A DNA stretch of 50,051 nucleotides from a virus. Shown here piece by piece: positions 8,062 through 15,251 of the stretch (position 1 is its first letter; every line of letters begins with the position of its first letter). Location of the stretch: the IMG/VR virus record IMGVR_UViG_3300022670_000458, positions 1-50,051 of that record. The stretch is one strand, 5' to 3'. Below the pieces are notes generated by a model. The model did not search any database and was not told the origin of the DNA. It worked only from the letters and a program-made list of their open reading frames with translations. Made by a program: the position numbers and the translations under genes.

Positions 8062-8085
8062 ACGGCTGTCCAAGGAGGGCTGCTA

Positions 8086-8310
8086 ATGGCATACAAACGC
8101 TCAACTAAACTTATCAAACGCTCTATGGTGGTACGTGACTATGGCTACTACGTCTATACGGTGCTGCGGCGCAGGCATGGGCTCACAGCCACACAGACGT
8201 ACACCATGATGCGTGGGCTTGACATGGTGACCATGTTGGCCATGGCTGAGATGGAGGGCTACAGGAGGCTGTACGTGGGCGTGAGTGGAGTACACCGTGA
8301 CTGTGCGTAG
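8086..8310 (+). CDS. Hypothetical immediate-early protein (74 aa)
   Basis: AGGAGG 8 nt upstream of the ATG, directly downstream of the promoter. Confidence 0.7.
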   Translation: MAYKRSTKLIKRSMVVRDYGYYVYTVLRRRHGLTATQTYTMMRGLDMVTMLAMAEMEGYRRLYVGVSGVHRDCA

Positions 8311-8458
8311 GCCCTTCAGCCCTGAGTGCTGGTCGCATGGTACTGTGGTGCATGGTGAGCAGTGCCTAGAGTGCGATAAAATATCTCCTGTTGACGTAGG
8401 CACTGGGCTGTGTGTTGATTGCCATGAGGCAAACAAACCCGGTAGACACCAAGAATAA
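8303..8458 (+). CDS. Possible Cys/His-rich mini-protein (51 aa, below the ORF-track cutoff)
   Basis: GTG 8303 overlaps the upstream stop. Own translation: VRRPFSPECWSHGTVVHGEQCLECDKISPVDVGTGLCVDCHEANKPGRHQE. Confidence 0.35.
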   Translation: MRRPFSPECWSHGTVVHGEQCLECDKISPVDVGTGLCVDCHEANKPGRHQE

Positions 8459-8483
8459 ATAATAAATAAATAATAAATTATAG

Positions 8484-8511
8484 TTGACAATCGTAGACTC
8501 CGATGTATAGT
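8484..8511 (+). promoter_or_regulatory. Rightward near-consensus sigma70 promoter with an A/T-rich upstream tract
   Basis: TTGACA (8484-8489), 16-nt spacer, TATAGT (8506-8511), preceded by (AATAAAT)n. Confidence 0.7.
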
Positions 8512-8536
8512 GTAGATAACTAAAGGAGTCAGCACC

Positions 8537-8677
8537 ATGCGCATCACAACTACAATCGTCCACCCTGACCTACTACGGCAACGGATGAAAGATAACTATA
8601 AGCCCAAGCCTAAGGACACTGCCGACTTTGCTCATGTACTGCGCAAGGCAATGAAGGCAAGAGGTCTACCTAAATAA
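8537..8677 (+). CDS. Small basic protein (46 aa, below the ORF-track cutoff)
   Basis: CTAAAGGAG RBS 8 nt upstream of ATG 8537. Own translation: MRITTTIVHPDLLRQRMKDNYKPKPKDTADFAHVLRKAMKARGLPK. Confidence 0.55.
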   Translation: MRITTTIVHPDLLRQRMKDNYKPKPKDTADFAHVLRKAMKARGLPK

Positions 8678-8821
8678 TATTATATTTATATTGTAATCCC
8701 ACAGTGACAGGGGTAGGCAGGGGTACCCCCACCCCCTATGTGTATACAATGTGGCCGCATGTGCCGCGCGTCTGATCGGATTGAGTTTTTGAAATGTTTT
8801 AGAAAATAGAGAGAGACACAA

Positions 8822-9004
8822 ATGAAAAAGTATTGCATAGACTGTAAACACCTGAAGTCGCCGTACTGGGACGAGGCGGAGTGCCACGCACCAGGAAATA
8901 CGACGACGTACGACAACTGGCTACATGAAGCGCATGCTCGTAAGAAACATCCAAAGAAGATAAACAAGCGTAACGATTGCACGATGTTTGAGGGGAGCGC
9001 GTAA
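8822..9004 (+). CDS. Hypothetical Cys-containing protein (60 aa)
   Basis: ORF with CIDC...C...C. Its stop overlaps the next start (TAATG). Confidence 0.5.
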   Translation: MKKYCIDCKHLKSPYWDEAECHAPGNTTTYDNWLHEAHARKKHPKKINKRNDCTMFEGSA

Positions 9005-9303
9005 TGGAACAGATAAAATTACAGGGACAGCCAGGCGATCGTAGCCAGGCACCAGACTTCGACCTTCTCGAATTTACTACGCATGGTATAAGAGTCGAAC
9101 TGATGGCGGCCGACCACTTCCTAATACGTTCCGACGCGACGGGGAAGTTGTTAGGTGACGTGTGGCCATGCACGAACACCCATTACGGGGACTGGGCCTA
9201 CGTTTTCGAACCTACGCCAGAACACACTGCCGATAAGAGTCGGCATCAGGCTGTGCACAGTGCTTTTAAAATTTTGACACGTATACTGCATGGTGCGGTA
9301 TGA
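9004..9303 (+). CDS. Hypothetical protein (99 aa)
   Basis: Start and stop are both coupled to neighbouring genes. Confidence 0.65.
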   Translation: MEQIKLQGQPGDRSQAPDFDLLEFTTHGIRVELMAADHFLIRSDATGKLLGDVWPCTNTHYGDWAYVFEPTPEHTADKSRHQAVHSAFKILTRILHGAV

Positions 9304-9806
9304 AAAAAGAGGAACGATTTACTAAGTGCGGTCGATGTAAAAAACACGGCCCGTGCTATGCTATCTCCGATGTGGTAGAGGTTGTGCATTGGAGATGCCG
9401 GCGTTGTTGGAAGATGGAAACGTTTGGTGATCACTACAGTACGGCGAGTATGCTCGTCAAAGCATTTGTAAACCCTTTTGAGAGCATAGAGAAAGAGACA
9501 AAGATGAACGATGAAATGGCTAAACAAGATGTTCTTCAGACGCTACGAGACCTTATCTACACCCAAGGTACGCTTACGTACAAAGAGGCGTATGAGGATC
9601 TGATACGGGCTTGTGAGAAGGAGAAGGTGGAGGTAGACGAAGCGCTACAGCTCAAGTATGATTTGTTGGAGTCTTCGATAAATAAAGATCGTAAGGCCCT
9701 CGGTACCCTTTACGACGATTTAATGACCAGGAACGCAGACCTAGTCCACGTAAACGAGGTACTGACGAATAAGCTCGCTGCTTATTGTGGGGTGACAAAT
9801 GGGTGA
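9300..9806 (+). CDS. Hypothetical protein (168 aa) with an N-terminal zinc ribbon and a C-terminal coiled coil
   Basis: ATGA overlap at 9300. CGRC...CRRC. Confidence 0.65.
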   Translation: MKKEERFTKCGRCKKHGPCYAISDVVEVVHWRCRRCWKMETFGDHYSTASMLVKAFVNPFESIEKETKMNDEMAKQDVLQTLRDLIYTQGTLTYKEAYEDLIRACEKEKVEVDEALQLKYDLLESSINKDRKALGTLYDDLMTRNADLVHVNEVLTNKLAAYCGVTNG

Positions 9807-9903
9807 GGAATCAGATGCCCTATCCTCCATGGGCGATGAGAGCGAGGACGGGTGTGTTTATTGTGGGTACGACGATCATAACTGCAGGTGTGATGAGTTA
9901 TGA
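9799..9903 (+). CDS. Possible acidic Cys-rich mini-protein (34 aa)
   Basis: Own translation MGEESDALSSMGDESEDGCVYCGYDDHNCRCDEL. Overlaps both neighbouring genes. Confidence 0.35.
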   Translation: MGEESDALSSMGDESEDGCVYCGYDDHNCRCDEL

Positions 9904-10055
9904 ATTATAACGTAATAGCAGTAGACGTAGGTGTAACAGAACCCTTAGACTACGTCGTACTCCGTAAAGACGGTACCGAAGTGTTCCGCACAAAGGATCG
10001 TATAGAGGCATACACGTTTGCAGAGAGAATGCATATCGAGAAAGAGAGAAAATAA
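9900..10055 (+). CDS. Possible small protein (51 aa)
   Basis: ATGA overlap at 9900. Own translation MNYNVIAVDVGVTEPLDYVVLRKDGTEVFRTKDRIEAYTFAERMHIEKERK. Confidence 0.45.
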   Translation: MNYNVIAVDVGVTEPLDYVVLRKDGTEVFRTKDRIEAYTFAERMHIEKERK

Positions 10056-10064
10056 AAATATACG

Positions 10065-10163
10065 GGCGGTGTGGTGAAATTGGTAAACACGCACGACAGT
10101 GTGCGGGGTAGCTGATCCGGAAAGCCCTCGCAATTGCAGGTTCGAATCCTGTCGCCGCCCCCA
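10065..10163 (+). tRNA. tRNA-like gene (99 nt including encoded CCA) with no canonical anticodon arm; anticodon undetermined
   Basis: Acceptor GGCGGTG/CGCCGCC (one G-U). D arm GTG-AAATTGGTAAA-CAC. T arm GCAGG-TTCGAAT-CCTGT. Discriminator C plus CCA. 45 nt between the D and T arms do not fold as a 5-7-5 anticodon arm in any register. Confidence 0.6.
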
Positions 10164-10170
10164 ATAACAA

Positions 10171-10226
10171 GGACCCCTGATGAACCGCTCCTAGATTAGC
10201 CTCTTCAAACGGTGAGTCAGGGGTCC
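10171..10226 (+). other. Extended RNA hairpin immediately 3' of the tRNA-like gene (possible processing site)
   Basis: GGACCCCTGA (10171-10180) pairs with TCAGGGGTCC (10217-10226). A 3x3 internal loop is followed by ACCG/CGGT and a 22-nt apical loop. No U-tract. Confidence 0.4.
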
Positions 10227-10249
10227 GACCTAACAGAGAGAGACAACTG

Positions 10250-10402
10250 ATGAACGATTACGGAGACGATCACGAACTGCACGCTATGGAATGTCTGTCG
10301 TGCACCCACGAATGGACGGCTGTAACACCGCTCGATATAGACGACGTGCTGCTCACCTGCCCAGAGTGTGGGCATGAGTCCGGCGTCGGTATTTATAACT
10401 AA
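10250..10402 (+). CDS. Zinc-ribbon mini-protein (50 aa, below the ORF-track cutoff)
   Basis: Own translation MNDYGDDHELHAMECLSCTHEWTAVTPLDIDDVLLTCPECGHESGVGIYN. Confidence 0.5.
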   Translation: MNDYGDDHELHAMECLSCTHEWTAVTPLDIDDVLLTCPECGHESGVGIYN

Positions 10403-10428
10403 AACTTAACCAACTAAAGGAGAAAACG

Positions 10429-10707
10429 ATGAATGAGTATTTAACCGAGGTAGAAAAGGTAGCCGATAAGTTGCAAGAGGTTTCACATGAGCTGGACGAG
10501 GCTAAGAAGGTGCTACCTTCAGAAGCGTTATTTATGTTTGCTGCCTGGCTGACTAGCCGACGGGTACCCCTTACTGTGGGCGCTTCATGTAACGCCGCAC
10601 CTATCTGTGAAATGGTCGCTGAGTTCATTGAGCATAACGATCTCAAGCCTCTGCGCGATGAGGTGTATCCCCACAACCTGAGCCACCCGCCCGAAGAAGG
10701 CGAGTAA
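10429..10707 (+). CDS. Hypothetical protein (92 aa)
   Basis: CTAAAGGAG RBS. Stop overlaps the next start. Confidence 0.7.
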   Translation: MNEYLTEVEKVADKLQEVSHELDEAKKVLPSEALFMFAAWLTSRRVPLTVGASCNAAPICEMVAEFIEHNDLKPLRDEVYPHNLSHPPEEGE

Positions 10708-10949
10708 TGAGCACTGAGCAAGCACAGCGGGAATACGATTGGTTCTACATCACCGAAGTCACCCTTGATACGCTCCGCAAGAAAAGACGTTTCGTCATTC
10801 GCGACAAAAAATTCAAACTGAAGCGGAGCCGCATACAGTGGGATGATGGTTTGGAGTGCTACGTCTTCGCCCCGGCCAACAAAGTAATCTGGAACGCCGA
10901 AGCCCTTGCCGATATTGTGGAATTCTTGGCGGAAGTGAATGACGTATAA
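10707..10949 (+). CDS. Hypothetical protein (80 aa)
   Basis: TAATG coupling at both ends. Confidence 0.7.
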   Translation: MSTEQAQREYDWFYITEVTLDTLRKKRRFVIRDKKFKLKRSRIQWDDGLECYVFAPANKVIWNAEALADIVEFLAEVNDV

Positions 10950-11197
10950 TGTCGGCACACAACGCATGCACGTGCCCCGATCGTAAATACGCAAAGAAAC
11001 ACCATTGGGTTGTTACGATGCGGAACTGTAATTATTCAGCGTTCAACGGCTACCACTATACGCCGAGCGACTACTCGCAGGTTCATTGTACGGGGAAGCA
11101 TTGTAATGGCACCTGGCGGTCGAAGTCAGCTTACGTTACCCACCTTCCAGATATGAAGCTTGAAGATGTAAACAACGAGAGATACCCTCAAGAATAA
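10949..11197 (+). CDS. Hypothetical Cys/His-rich protein (82 aa)
   Basis: Coupled start. CTC...C...C..C pattern. Confidence 0.7.
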   Translation: MSAHNACTCPDRKYAKKHHWVVTMRNCNYSAFNGYHYTPSDYSQVHCTGKHCNGTWRSKSAYVTHLPDMKLEDVNNERYPQE

Positions 11198-11201
11198 AAC
11201 T

Positions 11202-11229
11202 TTGACACGCAGAACAACGCGGCTATAAT
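11202..11229 (+). promoter_or_regulatory. Rightward consensus sigma70 promoter
   Basis: TTGACA (11202-11207), 16-nt spacer, TATAAT (11224-11229). Confidence 0.7.
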
Positions 11230-11252
11230 CATCAACTCTAAAGGAGATAAAA

Positions 11253-11405
11253 ATGGACGAATCATTTGAAGACGAACTAAAAGACTTGCTGGCTAAGTAC
11301 TGCAATAGCGGGATCAAGGTTTCCGAAGTCATCGGTATCATGGCTGTGGTTTCTCACGAGCTCATTGTTGCCCAAACCGCAGTACACGCGCAGGAGTCAG
11401 AATGA
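11253..11405 (+). CDS. Small acidic protein (50 aa, below the ORF-track cutoff)
   Basis: CTAAAGGAG RBS. ATGA overlap with the next gene. Own translation MDESFEDELKDLLAKYCNSGIKVSEVIGIMAVVSHELIVAQTAVHAQESE. Confidence 0.55.
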   Translation: MDESFEDELKDLLAKYCNSGIKVSEVIGIMAVVSHELIVAQTAVHAQESE

Positions 11406-11815
11406 AACAGAGCACATTCGAACAACTACATTGGGAGCCCACATTGACTGTGGGTTTCCTACCTGACAGCCGCAACAAAAAGAAAAAGTTGTGGTACGTC
11501 GACTGCGTCAAAGAAGACGTGCAGCACATTCCCGGGTACAACTGTATCCTGGCTGACAACATCAGTTCCGAAGAGGACGCCAAGTGGATCGCCGAGGCAA
11601 TCCTTATGCGTGTTCGTATGGAACGTATTGCCGAGCCCTTCCACCAGAAACGTATCGAAGAAAAAGAGCACTTGGTCAGCCCGTACCAGACTGGCGTGAC
11701 GAATGGCCTGATCGCCGCTATTGCTTTGACCAAAGGCGAGAAGCCTGTCATTCTGACTCGCAAAGATGTAGCCGATGCCCAGCCGAAAGTGATCATTCCT
11801 AATGGCGGCGTGTAA
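11402..11815 (+). CDS. Hypothetical protein (137 aa)
   Basis: ATGA-coupled ORF. Confidence 0.7.
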   Translation: MKQSTFEQLHWEPTLTVGFLPDSRNKKKKLWYVDCVKEDVQHIPGYNCILADNISSEEDAKWIAEAILMRVRMERIAEPFHQKRIEEKEHLVSPYQTGVTNGLIAAIALTKGEKPVILTRKDVADAQPKVIIPNGGV

Positions 11816-12119
11816 GGCCGAGGTCTATCCCAAGCATTTCAAGGCCGGCGACAGCCCAACCAAGCGTTGTACACGCTCCGAGCACTGGGATGGGTACTGT
11901 ACGCAGCATTACCACATGAAAGCAGGCATACCGACCAACAAAGCGGCCCCTATTGTGGGCACGGACGACCGCGACAAGCTCATAGCGAGGCTTCAGGGGC
12001 AATTGAACTACGTGGTGGGCAAATTACACGTAGTAGCCGACAAAATCGAAGCAAGGCACTTCCATGTGGCCGCTACGGTGGTCTCAGAAACTTTAGAAGA
12101 GCTCGAAAGTAAGCATTGA
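11802..12119 (+). CDS. Hypothetical protein (105 aa)
   Basis: ORF overlapping the upstream gene by 14 nt. Confidence 0.6.
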   Translation: MAACKAEVYPKHFKAGDSPTKRCTRSEHWDGYCTQHYHMKAGIPTNKAAPIVGTDDRDKLIARLQGQLNYVVGKLHVVADKIEARHFHVAATVVSETLEELESKH

Positions 12120-12150
12120 CGGCGGTATTGACGGCATATAGACTTTTAGG

Positions 12151-12867
12151 ATGGCTACAGGCATCCCAAGGACACGTTCAGAGCTAGAACTAAGCTACCA
12201 ACCTAACGGTATTGGCGGTATTACAGCTCAGACCCAACTTGACCACGTCGCTTCGATATTCGTCAGCGGTGCGGAACTAAAAGTAGCCTACGAAGCCGAA
12301 GCAAACACCAACGCATACACTGATACAGAGAAAACTAAGCTTGCCGGTATAGAGGCAGGCGCCAAGGACGATCAATCCGACGCCGAGATCAAGACAGCCT
12401 ACGAAAACAACGCCGATACCAACGCTTTTACTAACGCCCTACTGACCAAGCTGGACGGTATTGAGTCCTTAGCAGAAGTAAACAACATTTCAGACCCGGA
12501 CGCGGCAACGCTTACGGGCGCTGGTGCCGCAGATGCGCTGCACTCGCATGTCAAAAAGGCCATGGCATCGTTTACCAGCGACACCGACACCAATACGCTT
12601 GGGATCAAGTCAATCTACCGTGTACCAAGTCATACGGGCGATGTGACGCTTACGATTTCAAGCGCAGACATTGCGACCGGCAGTGCAACATCAGTTTGGG
12701 AATTTACAGTCAAAGATACGAGCGGTAACCTCGTTTCCAACGGTAGAAAAATAAACATTGTCACAGAGGGCGCCGAAACTATAGACGGTGTAGCCACTGT
12801 AGCCATCACAGCCGATTATGGTGTTGTCAGATTGTTTTCTGACGGAAGCAATCTATTTAGCCAGTAG
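12151..12867 (+). CDS. Tail fibre protein with phage tail-fibre repeats
   Basis: Two tandem about 29-aa repeats (LKVAYEAEANTNAYTDTEKTKLAGIEAGA and IKTAYENNADTNAFTNALLTKLDGIESLA), typical of phage fibre shafts. Confidence 0.75.
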   Translation: MATGIPRTRSELELSYQPNGIGGITAQTQLDHVASIFVSGAELKVAYEAEANTNAYTDTEKTKLAGIEAGAKDDQSDAEIKTAYENNADTNAFTNALLTKLDGIESLAEVNNISDPDAATLTGAGAADALHSHVKKAMASFTSDTDTNTLGIKSIYRVPSHTGDVTLTISSADIATGSATSVWEFTVKDTSGNLVSNGRKINIVTEGAETIDGVATVAITADYGVVRLFSDGSNLFSQ

Positions 12868-12875
12868 GGGTAACG

Positions 12876-14555
12876 ATGAGCGGACCAAATTTCAATCTAA
12901 CGACGCAGCAGGCGGCAACAAAGAATCCATTGATCATAGATGTGTACAATGCTGCGCAACTACCTCTAACTTTAGCACCTGACGGTGTCATGCGGTTTAA
13001 AGCCGCGCTTGGGACAAAGTACATTATTCACCCCGGCGTTCTTTTACCGCGTATAGAGATCCCACCGTTTGTTGATCCGGCCGCTGTCGAGACCATCGAA
13101 TTTACGGCAGCCGTCCAGGCACAGTTTGTACCTATTATGGGCAGCACAATCCCACACTTCTGGGGTAGGAATATAAACTCGCTTCTTCTACGTAGCATCG
13201 GTTTTGTCGATACAACACCACACACAACGAAGCTTTTCGATCTTGTGGGCGGGACTAACCTAAGCGCTGTTATTTTGGATCTAGTAAACATATTCATGTT
13301 CAAAGAGGTCGGTAATGTTGTCGATCTAACTGTAGTTACCACTGGTGGGTTCTTTGTAGATGTCGAAAGAGGCCTTGTTTCGCGTAATAGCGGCCCCGGA
13401 TTTCTGTCGTCGTTTACGAATGGACGCATTACTAGCTTTTTTGCTACGGCCACTAAGTCTGCCGGACTTTGTTTCCTAGGAAACCAGAGTACCGCTAATG
13501 TAAGTATCAATAATTTTGAACTTGGTGCAGCAGATGCGATAATATGTGTTGACAGCGCTTTGATCGGAAATATCGATATCATTTCGAACTCGTTTGATGG
13601 TGTTGCAAGTTTTTTTGAACCACCTATTTCTAACGCAATTACGGCTTTCGCTTCTGCGGATGTAGCGATCACAAGCTTTAGTAATTCTGTAGCCAATCCT
13701 GGTACGCACACTGATATTAACTTTACGAACCCGACGTTGCTCATTAGAGGCCAAACGATTTTGATATCAGGCGAGGCCGCTTACGATGGTACGCATGTTG
13801 TTACAGGTGTTTCGACGAACCAGCTACGCGTAGAAATTGAAGTAATACATTCGACAAGTGGTGCGGGAGTTCTGGAACAAACAAAAGTAACATCGACTAA
13901 TCATAGACTTGTTAGAGACCAGACGAATACTATCTCTGGTACAACAAGTTACGACGGTACACGTAAGCTTCTAGACATTGTGGATGATAATAATTTTCTC
14001 ATTCCAGCAGCATTTATTGCAGATGATGCGACCGGTACAGTAGCGGCTACCAGCGGCGACGAAAAGACACCGGAAATAACTTCTGTCGTAAATGGTCAGG
14101 CCCCAAACAGCCGTACGATTGGTTTCGGTCAGATGAACGGGAATGCGACAGTGACTACTGTCGCCTTGTCAAACACGTACCAAGCGATGGACGTATCCAC
14201 TGTGACTAACAACACAGTCAGTCAGCGGTTTACCCTGATCGACGCTGTGGAAGGTGTTTATCGCTACGACGGTGTCAAACAAATTACGGCTACGATCATC
14301 GGGCTTGTTTCTGGCTTCAAGTCAGGCAGCACAGCTAACTATAGATTTGCGATATCCATCAACGGAGCAATTCCCGCATTCGGCAGCGTTCCGTATGCTC
14401 CGCTAGAAATAAAAACAACAAAAACAGCTATAACTGTTCTTAACGCTGTAATTCTTACTCCCAACGATACTATTCAAATAATGGTGGCTGGCGACAGCAC
14501 ATCAGACAACCTAACGATATCCGATTTCAATATTGAAGTACGAGGCGACCAATGA
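12876..14555 (+). CDS. Large structural protein (559 aa), putative fibre or receptor-binding component
   Basis: Long ORF directly after the fibre gene. Composition is rich in T/S/N/G/V, as in beta-rich proteins. No motif assigned. Confidence 0.7.
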   Translation: MSGPNFNLTTQQAATKNPLIIDVYNAAQLPLTLAPDGVMRFKAALGTKYIIHPGVLLPRIEIPPFVDPAAVETIEFTAAVQAQFVPIMGSTIPHFWGRNINSLLLRSIGFVDTTPHTTKLFDLVGGTNLSAVILDLVNIFMFKEVGNVVDLTVVTTGGFFVDVERGLVSRNSGPGFLSSFTNGRITSFFATATKSAGLCFLGNQSTANVSINNFELGAADAIICVDSALIGNIDIISNSFDGVASFFEPPISNAITAFASADVAITSFSNSVANPGTHTDINFTNPTLLIRGQTILISGEAAYDGTHVVTGVSTNQLRVEIEVIHSTSGAGVLEQTKVTSTNHRLVRDQTNTISGTTSYDGTRKLLDIVDDNNFLIPAAFIADDATGTVAATSGDEKTPEITSVVNGQAPNSRTIGFGQMNGNATVTTVALSNTYQAMDVSTVTNNTVSQRFTLIDAVEGVYRYDGVKQITATIIGLVSGFKSGSTANYRFAISINGAIPAFGSVPYAPLEIKTTKTAITVLNAVILTPNDTIQIMVAGDSTSDNLTISDFNIEVRGDQ

Positions 14556-14758
14556 TCACTTTAGACGAACACAATGCAGAAGCTTTGGCGACGTTCAAGG
14601 CCAGCCATGTGCCTGCTTTGAATGGTATCGCCTGTAACGCGTGCGGCGAAGAACTCAAAGATGAGATGCCCGGCTACCTGGTAATGCTGGACCCACCGCA
14701 AGAGCGCGTGAAGTGCTCTAATTGTGGGTTCGCTGGTTTCCGTGTGGTGAGTGCGTAA
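14552..14758 (+). CDS. Zinc-ribbon protein (68 aa)
   Basis: ATGA overlap. CNAC...CSNC. Confidence 0.6.
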   Translation: MITLDEHNAEALATFKASHVPALNGIACNACGEELKDEMPGYLVMLDPPQERVKCSNCGFAGFRVVSA

Positions 14759-14760
14759 CC

Positions 14761-14895
14761 ATGCCCACACGTCCCGGAAGCTTTAACAACGATCACAACA
14801 GTGATCATGATCTGTATATCCCTATCTCGTTTAGGCTTGCTACGGTCAGAAAGATTTCATTTACCTTAGAAGTTGTTGAAAGGATCGCCCTGTGA
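14761..14895 (+). CDS. Possible 44-aa protein bridging an apparent gap
   Basis: ATG 14761 lies 2 nt after the upstream stop. Its TGA overlaps the GTG start of the next gene (GTGA). Confidence 0.3.
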   Translation: MPTRPGSFNNDHNSDHDLYIPISFRLATVRKISFTLEVVERIAL

Positions 14896-15194
14896 ATATT
14901 CACGTTGATGACATCGGTACTATTTTTGAGGTGATTGTTGAGGCCGATGGGTTACCTATAGATATTTCGGCCGCCACGACCAAAGAGTTTTGCTTCAAAC
15001 TGCCAGACGGTGTTCTCAAGACTCGGGCGGCATCATTTGTGACGGACGGTACAGACGGTAAGCTGCAATACCTAAGTGTGGCTGGCGATCTATCTATCGC
15101 GGGCACGTACACGCTTCAGACACACGTTATAACGCCTGGGGAAGAGTTCCACACGGCCGTGGACACCTTTGTGGTTTTATCGAATATCTGCTAA
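14892..15194 (+). CDS. Small beta-rich structural protein (100 aa), Ig-like / BppU-N-like by pattern
   Basis: GTG start. Pattern DIGTIFEV...G.PIDISAAT...F.FKLPDG...G.Y.LQ. Confidence 0.6.
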   Translation: MNIHVDDIGTIFEVIVEADGLPIDISAATTKEFCFKLPDGVLKTRAASFVTDGTDGKLQYLSVAGDLSIAGTYTLQTHVITPGEEFHTAVDTFVVLSNIC

Positions 15195-15251
15195 AAGGGC
15201 TTCCATATAAAAAATAACAGAGTACCATTTTGATGAACAAAGGAGCGTACC

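Larger units (their letters stand above)
7368..8085. promoter_or_regulatory. AT-rich non-coding control region between divergent early operons (candidate regulatory hub or origin)
   Basis: 718 bp without a convincing ORF. At least 8 direct TATACG copies within 7398-7841. An exact 13-mer tatacggtatgtt occurs at 7398 and 7455. An exact 18-mer atttatattttatttata occurs at 7441 and 8004. Tandem 10-mers at 7661-7680. (AT)10 at 7847-7866. Confidence 0.6.

Noticed and set aside
8710-8736. GC-rich nested hairpin GGGGT-aggca-GGGGTACCCC-c-ACCCC, considered as a terminator or G-quadruplex
   Set aside because: No U-tract follows, and there are only two G-runs per strand, too few for a quadruplex. It may still be a transcript-stabilising structure, but I cannot support a specific call.
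10171-10226. C/D-box-like reading of the hairpin (UGAUGA near the 5' side)
   Set aside because: There is no CUGA D box on the 3' side, and the UGA pairs into the stem. C/D RNAs are not expected in a bacterial virus.
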